From Psychrobacter cryohalolentis K5 (lineage in GTDB: Bacteria > Pseudomonadota > Gammaproteobacteria > Pseudomonadales > Moraxellaceae), in the NCBI RefSeq assembly GCF_000013905.1, contig NC_007969.1:2340001-2372000 (forward strand): 32,000 bases of DNA. The letters run 5' to 3'. The notes beneath the pieces were generated by a model, which made no database searches, was not told the origin of the DNA, and worked only from the letters and a program-made list of their open reading frames with translations. The position numbers were made by a program, and so were the translations under genes. Numbering within the stretch: the first letter of the stretch is position 1; each line of letters starts with the position of its first letter. Positions 7,860 to 17,407 of this stretch are shown here, piece after piece.

Positions 7860-10550
7860 TTACTCCTCTACCCACTCTCCTTTACGCCAGTAAACGCCCC
7901 AACGTGTGGCTTTGCCATTTTTCTCAGAGCCGATATACTGCTCTTTTTTCTTGCGCGACCAACGTAAAATCGTCGGATTACCATCTGGATCCTCATCTGG
8001 ACCTTCAAACAAATACTGGAACTTGTCTTCCATTTTATCTTTAATCTCTCGCAGCTCAGCAAGCTTTGGCGGACGTGTCTCCCGTACTTTAGGGAACTTA
8101 GAGGCTGCTAAGAACATGCCCGCTGCACCTTCACGTAAGATAAAGTAATCTTCATGCTTAACTGATTTTAGCTCTGGTAGATGAATAGGATCCATGCGCG
8201 GCGGTGCTGCTTCGCCTGTTTTCAGCACTTTACGCGTGTTATCACATTGCTGACACGCAAAGTAAGGACCAAAACGTCCTGTCTTTAACTCCATTTGTCC
8301 ATCGCACTTATTACAATCAATGGTTGGAGAATCAGAACCAGGAACTTCGAACTTACCTTCTTCTAAGACATAACCATCACAATCAGGATTGTTACCACAC
8401 ACATGCAGCTTAAGACCGCCATCAACGATATAACCATTCATTGCCGTACCGCATTTCGGGCAGCGTTTCTTCTCCATCAAATCTCTGACTTCGGCCGCTT
8501 CGTCATCACCTTCGGCATCATCAAGATTGGCAAAAGCTTCGACTGGCATTAAGTTCTTAGTGCCTTTACAGCGTTCTTTTGGTGGTAAGTTGTAACCAGT
8601 ACAACCTAAGAATACACCCGTTGAACCGGTACGTAGCTGCATTGGACGAGCACAAAGATCGCAATGGACATCTGGTACATCGGTTGGATCATTCGGGCGC
8701 ATGCCGTCTTTTTCTTTAGCACGATCAAGCGTTGTTTTGAAGTCACCATAGAAATTATCAAGGACATCTTTCCAATCGGTATCGCCTTCTGCCACATGAT
8801 CAAGCTTGTCTTCAAGCGCGGCGGTAAAGGTATAATCCATCAAATCAGGAAAACTTGCCGTCAGTCTATCGGTGACGATATCACCCATTTTTTCAGCAAA
8901 CAGGCGCTTGTTTTCTAACTTCACATAACCGCGATCTTGAATAGTCGAGATGATAGAAGCATAGGTCGATGGACGACCGATGCCTTTTTTCTCAAGCTCT
9001 TTGACCAAACTTGCCTCAGTAAAACGCGGTGGTGGCTTAGTAAAATGCTGACTCGGATCAAGCTTATCTAGTATTAATTTATCGCCTTTTTTCACATCTG
9101 GTAATAAGTTATCGTCGGTCTTGGCAGGTGGCATAACCTTGGTAAAGCCATCAAATACCAAGGTGCGACCACGCGCTTTTAGCTCGACATCATCAGCAGC
9201 AACGAATAAATTCACTGATAGATATTTTGCTGGTAGCATCTGACAGGCTACAAACTGACGCCAGATTAGCTCATACAAACGTATCGCATCACGCTCAACG
9301 GCTTTCAACTGCGTTGACTTCATATTGACGTTAGACGGACGTATGGCTTCATGCGCTTCTTGTGCGCCTTGTTTATTACCATAGAAATTCGGCTTTTCTG
9401 GCACGTATTTTGCGCCATAGCTGTCTTCGATATAGCCACGTACCGCAGCAAGCGCATCACCTGATAAAAAGGTCGAATCGGTACGCATATAAGTAATATG
9501 ACCCGCTTCATATAAACGTTGCGCTAAAATCATGGTTTTCTTAACTGAGAATCCCAGACGCGTGCTGGCGGCTTGTTGCAAAGTCGAGGTAATAAAAGGC
9601 GCGCTTGGTTTCGACTGCGTTGGCTTCTCTTCACGTTCTTTGACGATAAAGTCATTTGCTTTTAGGACATCTAATACTTTATCAGTCTGCTCTTTATTGA
9701 CGAGCTTTAGCGTTTTGCCGCCTTGCTTAGTGGCTTCTAAACGAATACCAATTTGCTCAGCGTCTGCAGCTTTTTTGGCTTTGCTATCAGCAATATGGGT
9801 ATCGGCATGAATCTGCCAATATTCTTCTGGAATAAAGGCGCGAATTTCATGTTCACGCTCAACAACCAAGCGCATGGCAACTGACTGTACGCGACCCGCC
9901 GATAGACCACGAGCGACTTTTTGCCACAATAGTGGCGATACCATAAAACCAACGACACGGTCTAAAAAACGCCGCGCTTGCTGTGCATTAACTCGGTCAA
10001 TATCAAGTTTAGACGGTTGCTTAAAGGCATTTTGAATGGCAGATTTGGTAATCTCGTTAAAAACCACACGCTCATACTTACTGTCAGCGCCGCCGATGAC
10101 TTCTTTAAGATGCCAAGCAATCGCCTCTCCCTCTCTATCCATATCCGTTGCCAGATAGATTTTGTCAGCGTCTTTGGCTAAAGCTTTCAGCTCTTTAATG
10201 ACCTTGGTCTTATTTGGCAAGACTTCATAGACTGCCGCCCAATCATGCTCAGGGTCGACACCCATACGCCGTACCAATGCTTGCTGAGTTTTCTCTTCTT
10301 TACTTAGACTGTCATCTTTTTTGGTCGTTGCTGGTTTCTTTGCGCTTTTGCTAGCACCGACTGGCAAATCTCGGACATGACCAATACTTGAGCGCACGAT
10401 AAAATCATCACCCAAATATTTATTGATGGTTTTTGCCTTGGCGGGTGATTCAACAATCACCAAAGACTTGCCCTTTGGACTGGCTTTTGGGCTGCCTTTA
10501 GGTTTGTCAGCAGCGGGCGCTGCACTTTTTTTAGCTGCGGGTTTTGTCAT
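7860..10550 (-). CDS. topA: DNA topoisomerase I
   Basis: The Toprim block is [14 protein letters not shown] and the DxD block is [14 protein letters not shown]. The active-site Tyr region is [10 protein letters not shown]. There are three C4 zinc ribbons (CDLC..C, CPKC..C..C, CNKC..CQQC) and a C-terminal basic repeat region. I prefer the ATG at 10550 ([12 protein letters not shown]...) to the track start at 10601. Confidence 0.95.
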   Translation of the reverse strand: MTKPAAKKSAAPAADKPKGSPKASPKGKSLVIVESPAKAKTINKYLGDDFIVRSSIGHVRDLPVGASKSAKKPATTKKDDSLSKEEKTQQALVRRMGVDPEHDWAAVYEVLPNKTKVIKELKALAKDADKIYLATDMDREGEAIAWHLKEVIGGADSKYERVVFNEITKSAIQNAFKQPSKLDIDRVNAQQARRFLDRVVGFMVSPLLWQKVARGLSAGRVQSVAMRLVVEREHEIRAFIPEEYWQIHADTHIADSKAKKAADAEQIGIRLEATKQGGKTLKLVNKEQTDKVLDVLKANDFIVKEREEKPTQSKPSAPFITSTLQQAASTRLGFSVKKTMILAQRLYEAGHITYMRTDSTFLSGDALAAVRGYIEDSYGAKYVPEKPNFYGNKQGAQEAHEAIRPSNVNMKSTQLKAVERDAIRLYELIWRQFVACQMLPAKYLSVNLFVAADDVELKARGRTLVFDGFTKVMPPAKTDDNLLPDVKKGDKLILDKLDPSQHFTKPPPRFTEASLVKELEKKGIGRPSTYASIISTIQDRGYVKLENKRLFAEKMGDIVTDRLTASFPDLMDYTFTAALEDKLDHVAEGDTDWKDVLDNFYGDFKTTLDRAKEKDGMRPNDPTDVPDVHCDLCARPMQLRTGSTGVFLGCTGYNLPPKERCKGTKNLMPVEAFANLDDAEGDDEAAEVRDLMEKKRCPKCGTAMNGYIVDGGLKLHVCGNNPDCDGYVLEEGKFEVPGSDSPTIDCNKCDGQMELKTGRFGPYFACQQCDNTRKVLKTGEAAPPRMDPIHLPELKSVKHEDYFILREGAAGMFLAASKFPKVRETRPPKLAELREIKDKMEDKFQYLFEGPDEDPDGNPTILRWSRKKKEQYIGSEKNGKATRWGVYWRKGEWVEE

Positions 10551-10829
10551 AGGTGACGACACCATAATAAGTAAATTAAAATAAGAATTGTCTAGCAGCA
10601 TGCCATTTATAGGTTTGGTTATAAGGGCGTGGCAAATTATTGTAGTAATGGCTGCTAGTAAAATCGGTTATAAAACAAATGATAACCATAACGAAAGGTT
10701 TCAGTTATAAAGACGTTACACTGCTAAGGCTTAAACTGTCAACTGAAAATGACTAAGCGTCTGCTAAAAGCACTTGCATATCGCTCGTTTATGGAGACGA
10801 AAAAACAATTTGCTACCTTGTGGTGATTT

Positions 10830-11426
10830 TTATAGGATCTTTTGCATTTGCAGCGCCCACTCTTCAAGCTTTTCTTTGAGCGCTAATAAATCGCTCTCAA
10901 TCAATTTTTGCTGATAAGCAGGGTTGGTCGCAGGGCGTACATAAGCGATATCTTCCCAATAAATCACGATACTATTTGCCTTAGTCAATAACCCTTTTAC
11001 ATAGGGCTCAATACTGACTGGCAAATCAAGTGGCATCTTGTCCAAACTGACATTGGGCTTCTTAATTGCCGTATGGGTATTGCTTTGATTCGCACGAATA
11101 GCTGTTGGCACGATAAGCTTATTATCATCTGTAGTCGTATCGACAAAACTACTATCTGGTCGCCATTGCCCATCAATCACTTGATAGCGGGTAAACGGCA
11201 GATTGGTATTTTCTAATATTAAGCAATACTGCCCCATCATCCCGCGACCATACTCGTTGTCTTTACCCTTTATCCAGTCAGGACAAGTGACCAGCTTTGG
11301 ATTGAGCTGCAAGCGGCGCGCGGTCATACGCAGCTTATCTAAACGCTGATCGATACCGCTCGGCTTGAGCGCCATCATACTCCCTAATACGAATAGTACA
11401 ATGAGAATAGCAATCCACATACCCAT
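10830..11426 (-). CDS. Hypothetical protein with an N-terminal membrane anchor
   Basis: The 198-aa ORF begins MGMWIAILIVLFVLGSMMALKPSG (one TM helix or signal anchor), followed by a soluble domain. Its codon usage resembles its neighbours. I cannot confidently name a family. Confidence 0.6.
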   Translation of the reverse strand: MGMWIAILIVLFVLGSMMALKPSGIDQRLDKLRMTARRLQLNPKLVTCPDWIKGKDNEYGRGMMGQYCLILENTNLPFTRYQVIDGQWRPDSSFVDTTTDDNKLIVPTAIRANQSNTHTAIKKPNVSLDKMPLDLPVSIEPYVKGLLTKANSIVIYWEDIAYVRPATNPAYQQKLIESDLLALKEKLEEWALQMQKIL

Positions 11427-11746
11427 GACAATCTGACCTTTTAGCTAATAAGTTCGCTCATAACAGCGATTATTTTATACGTGACTGACCTTGATAACTG
11501 TATTTATAATGCGTGTCAGCCTTCAAAAATCAAGAAGAATAGAGCGCAAGTATATAAATTACCGCATGCTAGATTATCTATCGTTATGAGACAAGCCACC
11601 AGCTAATCTACAATATCGCTGATATTTATAGTGGCATATCAAATACTTAGTACAGAAAGCTACTCGTTCGATAACAAGATACAAAAAGTCGAGCCTATAA
11701 AAAAGTGCTATGATAAACCATAATTTTAAACGCGCGCAGGTTTATT

Positions 11747-12292
11747 ATGAATAATCTTATTAAGCGAAACTCATCGAGTGCCAATTTTACTCAAAAATCG
11801 CGCACTCCAATCATTAGTAAGTCCAGCGTTGCCTTAACACTAATCGGTGTTGCCTTATTTACTTTATCAGGCTGTGCCACCACTCAAAAAAGCCTGACGC
11901 CGCAGCAATGTCAAAGCAGCAACTGGCAAGAAGTGGGCTATGCCGACGGTATCAATGGGCGCTCAGGGGATTATTTTGGTCATTATGCTAATAGCTGTGC
12001 TAGTGCTGGCGCTCCCATGCCAAACCGTATTCAATGGGAACAGGGTCGCCAGCTGGGGCTGAAAAAATACTGTACCGAGCTAAATGCTTATAAGCGTGGT
12101 CGTGAAGGTTATGACTGGCAGCCTGTCTGCCCGCTCGAGGGCATCGAAAAGCTCGAAGAAGCTTACGCGCAAGGTCGCTATTACCATATCCGCCAACGTG
12201 ACCTTGATCACTTGCGGTCGCCTTATCCGTTTGGTTATGGTCTTGGACGCTATGGCGGCTACGGCTATCGCCCGTTTGGCTACGGCTGGTAA
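11747..12292 (+). CDS. Lipoprotein, DUF2799-like, with a Gly/Tyr-rich C-terminal tail
   Basis: The lipobox is LFTLSG|C. The repeated pattern C..(S/D)NW...GY.DG..G and a second C...AY..GR.GY module match my memory of DUF2799. The tail is YPFGYGLGRYGGYGYRPFGYGW. Confidence 0.65.
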   Translation: MNNLIKRNSSSANFTQKSRTPIISKSSVALTLIGVALFTLSGCATTQKSLTPQQCQSSNWQEVGYADGINGRSGDYFGHYANSCASAGAPMPNRIQWEQGRQLGLKKYCTELNAYKRGREGYDWQPVCPLEGIEKLEEAYAQGRYYHIRQRDLDHLRSPYPFGYGLGRYGGYGYRPFGYGW

Positions 12293-12342
12293 GCATTTAT
12301 CAAGAATAAAAGCTAAATAATACATTAATAAAATAAAGGAAA

Positions 12343-12365
12343 CCTCACAAGATTACCTTGTGAGG
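12343..12365. terminator. Strong hairpin between the convergent lipoprotein gene and exbD; likely terminator for the tonB-exbBD transcript
   Basis: CCTCACAAG-ATTAC-CTTGTGAGG forms a perfect 9-bp stem. On the minus strand it is followed by UUUCCUUUAUUUU. On the plus strand no U-tract follows (CCGGAGAG). Confidence 0.55.
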
Positions 12366-12467
12366 CCGGAGAGAAAGTTTATTATTTTAATGGTTCTTAT
12401 TATTATTCTGCTAATTTTTCTGTTAATAAGCTTGCTGATATTTTTAGCAATCTTATGTCTTTAACGA

Positions 12468-12869
12468 TTATTCATTAACAAAGGCTATTTTGCTTAGTCC
12501 CGCTTCACTCGCCGCTGCCAACACTTGAGCGACGGTATCATATTTACTGTCTTTATCAGCACGTAGCTGTACGGAAGGATCTTTGCCAGCGGCACTTTGC
12601 TGCTGCAAGCGTACTTCTAGCTCTTCCATACTAATAGGATCGCTGTCCCAAAATATCCCTGCATCTTTATCAATACTGATTTGGATCGCTTCGGGCGGGA
12701 TTTCATTTAACATCGCACTGGTCTTTGGCAAATCTAATGGCACTGCCGGATTCAATACGCTCGCCGTCAACAAAAAGATAATCATTAATACCAGCATGAT
12801 ATCGATCAGCGGAATGAGGTTCATCTCATTCATGCTTTGACTACTATCATCACCCAATTGAAATGCCAT
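12468..12869 (-). CDS. exbD: Biopolymer transport protein ExbD/TolR
   Basis: The 133-aa ORF has MNEMNLIPLIDIMLVLMIIFLL, the characteristic TM segment, plus a periplasmic domain. It sits in tonB-exbB-exbD order. Confidence 0.9.
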   Translation of the reverse strand: MAFQLGDDSSQSMNEMNLIPLIDIMLVLMIIFLLTASVLNPAVPLDLPKTSAMLNEIPPEAIQISIDKDAGIFWDSDPISMEELEVRLQQQSAAGKDPSVQLRADKDSKYDTVAQVLAAASEAGLSKIAFVNE

Positions 12870-12969
12870 AATATTCTCAATACGTTTTGTATAATCATCA
12901 AAGCTATTACTTTCTAGCTTATCTGTCGCTTCGCTTTCTTTTAATGTAAAACCCTATCAATAAATAGGG

Positions 12970-13689
12970 TTACGGCTGTGATGGTGCTGATTTATGATAA
13001 TGTTCTGTTTGTTGAGGGGCTTGCGTCTCTGTATGATTACCTTTTACTAACTGAGCTTGAGTCACGGCAGGTTCATTATTTATTGATGATTGTTGTGTGA
13101 CTGCTAGCTCAGCAGATTGCGCCAGTAAATCATGGGCGCGATCATTTGCCTGGTACATGATGCTACGATTAATACGTACAGCAAGGTTATAGAACACTAC
13201 CGCTGGAATCGCTACGGCTATTCCTAAACCGGTCATGATAAGTGCCTCACCGACCGGTCCCGCTACCTGCCCAAGTCCTGCTTGTCCGCTCATACCAATA
13301 TTACGTAGGGCATGGAAAATACCCCATACTGTCCCAAACAGACCAATAAACGGTGCAATCGCTGCTGTCGTACCAAGGATAGGCAAACCACGCTCGCTAG
13401 CAAAACGGTAGCGACCAATGTGCTTTAGCAAGGTTTGCTCAGTAATCAAACGCCGCGTCGCTGCATCTGCCACACTTAGATCTGAGCGTTTTTCCTGCAT
13501 CTGCTGGCTCAAATCATCAGCAACAGTCGTCACCAATTTTCGGCTTTGTAGCACCCGAATGATGCCCGTGACCCAAGAGATGATAGATAAAGCGAGCAGT
13601 AAAAAGAACAAGGTTCTAGTCACCATATCGCTATATTGCCAGTAAGTTGTAAAGTCCATGTCAGACTCCCTAGTAAGTTGTGCCATCAC
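12970..13689 (-). CDS. exbB: MotA/TolQ/ExbB proton-channel protein
   Basis: The 239-aa ORF has three TM segments. The conserved block is LPILGTTAAIAPFIGLFGTVWGIFHAL...GPVGEALIMTGLGIAVAIPAVVFYN. The start could instead be the internal M at MDFTTYWQ. Confidence 0.9.
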   Translation of the reverse strand: MMAQLTRESDMDFTTYWQYSDMVTRTLFFLLLALSIISWVTGIIRVLQSRKLVTTVADDLSQQMQEKRSDLSVADAATRRLITEQTLLKHIGRYRFASERGLPILGTTAAIAPFIGLFGTVWGIFHALRNIGMSGQAGLGQVAGPVGEALIMTGLGIAVAIPAVVFYNLAVRINRSIMYQANDRAHDLLAQSAELAVTQQSSINNEPAVTQAQLVKGNHTETQAPQQTEHYHKSAPSQP

Positions 13690-13765
13690 ATAAACCTGCA
13701 GCGACTATCGCATTTATGCTTATCGTGAAAAGATTAGAATGTATGTTTTTATAGATGGATAATCA

Positions 13766-14770
13766 TTAAGGTACTGCGTAGCTCACAGGCAAGGTCACAT
13801 TGCCAACCACTGGTACGCCAGCATTATTCGTAAAGGGTTTAAACTTGCCTGAGCGCACTTGCCGCGTCGCTTCTTTATCCAATGCCGCATTCCCCGAAGA
13901 TTGAGCGATACGCACATTATCGATCCCGCCCTGCTTATTTACCCTCAGTATCAATACTACGTTGAGCGTATCACCCGAATTTGCTCGTCGTGCAACGCGC
14001 TCAGGGAAACTGAAGTTTGGGGCTGATACCCAATTTGCTGAGCTGGCGGTAAAATTGACAGGCTCATTACTTTCAGCAGCTGCTTTAGCGGCCTTTTCTG
14101 CTTGCTTAGCCGCTCTTGCTGCTTTTTGAGCCGCGTCATTTGCTGCTTCGGCACTCGCTTTAGCATTTGCTACTCTTTGCGCTTCCTGAGCCTGAGCCTG
14201 AGCCTGCGCCTGTTGCAGCTGTGCTTCTTGCGCTGCTTTTTCCGCTTGTGCTGCTACAAGTCGACGTTGCTCAGCTTGCTGATTGTTAACCTTTTGGTTA
14301 TTAGCAAGCTGCTCAGATATGGCTTTATCAATGGCGGGATTTGGCTCTTCTTGCTTAGTCTGTTTTTGTGACGGCTTTTCTTGAGCAATCGACGTTGTCT
14401 TTTCTTTTTTGACTAGCGGTGTAATATCAGGTTTGCGTTCTTGTACCACTGGTTTTTTTGGCGTCTCTGTGACCGGCTTTGGTTTTATTATAGCCTGCGG
14501 TTTTGGCGCTAGCGTGCTTTTATCTATCACAACCTTAGTCACTTCTTTTTCAACAGATTTCACCACTTTTACCGGCTCTTTAGGTAACGCAGCAGGTAAT
14601 GATACCAGCTCTATTTCAATAGGCGGCGTCTGTTTGGGCGGCGCGACTTTGGGTGCAGACGGTTTCATTGCCACCAATGCCACTGCCGTAAGCACGTGAA
14701 GCCCTACTACAACTAGTATCGCTATCAAGATTGATTTAAGTGGGGGCGTCTCTAAATCCGTTGAACTCAT
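13766..14770 (-). CDS. tonB: Energy transducer TonB (long form, 334 aa)
   Basis: It has an N-terminal TM anchor (ILIAILVVVGLHVLTAVALVAM), a Pro/Lys/Val-rich spacer and an Ala/Gln-rich segment. The C-terminal TonB domain is GDTLNVVLILRVNKQGGIDNVRIAQSSGNAALDKEATRQVRSGKFKP. Fur boxes lie upstream. Confidence 0.85.
   Translation of the reverse strand: MSSTDLETPPLKSILIAILVVVGLHVLTAVALVAMKPSAPKVAPPKQTPPIEIELVSLPAALPKEPVKVVKSVEKEVTKVVIDKSTLAPKPQAIIKPKPVTETPKKPVVQERKPDITPLVKKEKTTSIAQEKPSQKQTKQEEPNPAIDKAISEQLANNQKVNNQQAEQRRLVAAQAEKAAQEAQLQQAQAQAQAQEAQRVANAKASAEAANDAAQKAARAAKQAEKAAKAAAESNEPVNFTASSANWVSAPNFSFPERVARRANSGDTLNVVLILRVNKQGGIDNVRIAQSSGNAALDKEATRQVRSGKFKPFTNNAGVPVVGNVTLPVSYAVP
14185..14212. 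repeat. Hexanucleotide microsatellite (CCTGAG)3 plus one degenerate unit inside tonB
   Basis: The sequence is cctgag cctgag cctgag cctgcg cctg on the plus strand. It encodes the QAQAQAQAQ run of TonB. Unit changes would stay in frame. Confidence 0.9.
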
Positions 14771-14814
14771 AATACTCTAGCATTTAACCGTCATAGAATG
14801 GTGGTGATAATAAT

Positions 14815-14833
14815 GCAAACGATAATTATTATC
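14815..14833. promoter_or_regulatory. Fur box proximal to tonB
   Basis: GCAAACGATAATTATTATC matches the Fur consensus GATAATGATAATCATTATC at 15/19. It contains the perfect palindrome GATAAT-T-ATTATC. The site is 45-63 nt upstream of the tonB ATG, and an overlapping GATAATAATG lies at 14806. Confidence 0.75.
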
Positions 14834-14926
14834 AATAGTAAATTTCTAATATTTCAGTCGGTATTGTGAATTTTTTAAGTTCAATCTAGGTCAGAATGCG
14901 AGTCTATTATAACCTGAATACACTTA

Positions 14927-14945
14927 GTTAATAAAAATCATTATC
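14927..14945. promoter_or_regulatory. Fur box proximal to the ABC importer operon
   Basis: GTTAATAAAAATCATTATC matches the Fur consensus at 16/19, and ATTGATAAT follows at 14952-14960. The site is ~160 nt upstream of the binding-protein ATG at 15105. Confidence 0.75.
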
Positions 14946-15104
14946 ATCTTTATTGATAATACGTCTCAATTACTTTATGATGGCGACTGAATTATTTACC
15001 CAATTTATAATAAAACACCGACTCATTTAACCTGCCGTTAAATGAAGATTTTTATCGAGCAGGTTGTATAAAACTGCCAAAACCCGTCCTATACCGAGTT
15101 ATCT

Positions 15105-16157
15105 ATGTCTACTACCTCATTCTCTAGCCACCGTGCTACTCCTGTTTTTAAACGTCCCTTAATAGCTGCTCTCATGACTGCACTGCTTACTAGTATTACC
15201 GTAACTGGCTGTATCGCTCCTGAATCTAATGACTCAGAACCCGCAGATAGCAACACCGAAAATAAAACCGCTGATAAAGCCAAAAATGTCGCCACTAACG
15301 AGGCGGTTTCTGTGACCATTATTAGCGTTGATACCATCAAGGGATCTGTTGATTTGGCAATCAACCCATCGCCGCTAGTGGTTTATGACATGACCTTGAT
15401 GCAGGATTTGGCAGCGCTCGATGTCGCTGTTGATGGCATGCCAAGCGGTCTAAAATTGAATAACCTGCATTCAAAAACTCAACCAGATCCGAAAAAAGTC
15501 GGCACAGTATTTGAGCCAGATCTTGAAGCATTAAACGCAATGCAACCACAAGCTATCTTGGTCGGCTCGCGTATGGCAGAGAAATATAATGCGCTCTCAA
15601 GCATCGCCCCAACGCTCAATATGAGTATTGATACTGCCAATATCTATGAGTCTAGCAAACAGCGCTTGCATGATTTGGGTGCGTTATTTGGCAAAAGCGA
15701 TCAAGCCTTGAAGCTGCAACAGGATATCGACGGTCTTATTGATGAGACGAAAACAGCGACCAAAGATAAAGGCAATGGCTTGGTCATCATGGTTAATGGT
15801 AATAAGTTGTCTGCTTACGGTGATAAGTCACGTTTTGGCTTTATCCATACCGTACTTGGCGTACCTATGGTAGATAATCAGATAAAAGACGCCGATCATG
15901 GTCAGCCGGTTTCCTTTGAATACTTGCAAAAAACCAACCCTGACTGGCTGTTTGTGATTGACCGTAGCGCGGCTATCGGTGAAGAAAGCGTTGGTGCAAA
16001 AGCCGTCTTGGACAATCCATTAGTCGCGCAAACGACGGCTTGGAAAAAGAATCAAGTGGTCTATCTAAGCCCAGATTCATACCTAGCATTTGGTGGTTAT
16101 TATCAGTGGATGCAAGATTTGACCGCGATTAAAACGGCATTTAGCCAAGCAAAGTAA
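15105..16157 (+). CDS. Ferric-siderophore ABC transporter substrate-binding lipoprotein (FatB/YclQ-like, cluster A/class III SBP)
   Basis: The lipobox is ITVTG|C, followed by a Ser/Asp/Asn-rich linker. The body has PLVVYDM..DLAALDV, FEPDLEALNAMQPQAILVGSR and PDWLFVIDR, typical of FatB/FeuA-type siderophore binding proteins. It is the first gene of a four-gene importer operon downstream of a Fur box. Confidence 0.85.
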   Translation: MSTTSFSSHRATPVFKRPLIAALMTALLTSITVTGCIAPESNDSEPADSNTENKTADKAKNVATNEAVSVTIISVDTIKGSVDLAINPSPLVVYDMTLMQDLAALDVAVDGMPSGLKLNNLHSKTQPDPKKVGTVFEPDLEALNAMQPQAILVGSRMAEKYNALSSIAPTLNMSIDTANIYESSKQRLHDLGALFGKSDQALKLQQDIDGLIDETKTATKDKGNGLVIMVNGNKLSAYGDKSRFGFIHTVLGVPMVDNQIKDADHGQPVSFEYLQKTNPDWLFVIDRSAAIGEESVGAKAVLDNPLVAQTTAWKKNQVVYLSPDSYLAFGGYYQWMQDLTAIKTAFSQAK

Positions 16158-16187
16158 ACATTTTTATTCGTTGAAAAACAGACGTAA

Positions 16188-17345
16188 GTGCCCATTCTTG
16201 CGTCTACCCTTTACGCCAGCCATAAGTTAGCAGCCGTTATGCCCCTATTTTCTAATCACGCTACTAATATTGATAACGCTAATAGTGATAAATCTATATC
16301 TTCTGTACCCTCAAGATGGCAGCAGAAGGTAAATGGTGATTTAAACTCTAAATCACGCCACGCAAAAATAGCACCTTGGTTAATCAATACCGCAAGCTTT
16401 GTCATCATGGGAATGTTGGTATTGCTAAGTTTATCTATTGGAGTTGCTGACTTTTCATGGTCAGGTGTTTTTCATAGCCTCGCCAATCATAGTGCCAACT
16501 TAGACAGCTCACTGATGCTGGTCAGCCGCTTACCGCGGACGATTGCTATTATTTTGACCGGTATTGCCATGGCAGTGGCTGGGATGATTATTCAAGTGGT
16601 ACTCAAGAATCGCTTTGTAGAGCCGTCTATGGTCGGCGCAACTCAAAGCGCTGCCCTTGGCTTATTGGTGGTGAGTCTGTTCTTTCCGGCCAGCGCGCTA
16701 ATTATAAAGATGAGTGTGGCAACCATTGCGGCAGTATTTGGCATGATGCTCTTTATGCTGCTGATTCATCGTATTCCGCCGACAGATTTCTTGATGATTC
16801 CGTTGATTGGTATTGTCTTTGGCGGGATTATTGATGCTATTACTACCTTTATTGCCTATCAAACGGAAACGTTACAGATGCTCAGCGTTTGGCAATTTGG
16901 TGACTTCTCAAGCGTGTTGTCAGGACGGTATGAGCTGTTATGGTTGACTGGTGTGCTATGTATTATCGCCTATATTATCGCCGATAAGCTGACCATTATT
17001 GGCTTGGGCGATAATATTGCTTTAAATTTGGGTATCAGTAAGCGTCATGTGACGTGGATTGGCGTTGGTATGGTCGCCATGATGAGTGCCGTGGTCGTCG
17101 TGACAGTTGGCATGATTCCTTTTATTGGTTTGGTCGTGCCAAATATCGTCAGTCGCATTATGGGCGATAAGCTCAGGCGCAGCTTGCCAGCGGTCGCGTT
17201 ATTGGGCGCTTCAGCGGTATTGCTTTGCGATATTATCGGGCGCTCGATTCGCTATCCGTTCGAGATTCCGGTAGCGACCGTCTTTGGTGTGGTCGGAACG
17301 GTGGTGTTTTTATGGATCTTATTACGTGCGCCTGCTGAGTCCTAA
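16188..17345 (+). CDS. Siderophore ABC transporter permease (FecCD family, FatD/YclN-like)
   Basis: The protein is polytopic, with LPRTIAIILTGIAMAVAGMIIQ and GLVVPNIVSRIMG, characteristic of FecCD permeases. The start is uncertain: GTG at 16188 or ATG at 16239. The ~55-aa hydrophilic N-terminus has no clear RBS. Confidence 0.85.
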   Translation: MPILASTLYASHKLAAVMPLFSNHATNIDNANSDKSISSVPSRWQQKVNGDLNSKSRHAKIAPWLINTASFVIMGMLVLLSLSIGVADFSWSGVFHSLANHSANLDSSLMLVSRLPRTIAIILTGIAMAVAGMIIQVVLKNRFVEPSMVGATQSAALGLLVVSLFFPASALIIKMSVATIAAVFGMMLFMLLIHRIPPTDFLMIPLIGIVFGGIIDAITTFIAYQTETLQMLSVWQFGDFSSVLSGRYELLWLTGVLCIIAYIIADKLTIIGLGDNIALNLGISKRHVTWIGVGMVAMMSAVVVVTVGMIPFIGLVVPNIVSRIMGDKLRRSLPAVALLGASAVLLCDIIGRSIRYPFEIPVATVFGVVGTVVFLWILLRAPAES

Positions 17346-17407
17346 ATGAGTTAGATTATCTAAGTTATCGTTGTTTTACTTGCCATTCTCTTTTATAAGA
17401 TTAGCGT

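Noticed and set aside
7868-10181. Multiple 60-95-aa ORFs on both strands inside topA
   Set aside because: All are nested in, or antisense to, a full-length and well-supported topA frame. They are typical shadow ORFs. The same reasoning applies to the ORFs inside fumC (102-1088), the transporter (2877-3326), lon (4252-4763, 5553-5738, 6493-6798), the DUF2799-like lipoprotein gene (12000-12325), exbD/exbB/tonB (12583-14699), the SBP gene (15089-15549), the ABC ATPase and PepSY genes (19072-19502), the receptor (20952-22066), xanP (23943-24485), the regulator (25238-25746), uraD/uraH (26590-26796), puuD (28064-28246), the NCS1 permease (28752-28949, 29512-29772) and puuE (30723-31401).
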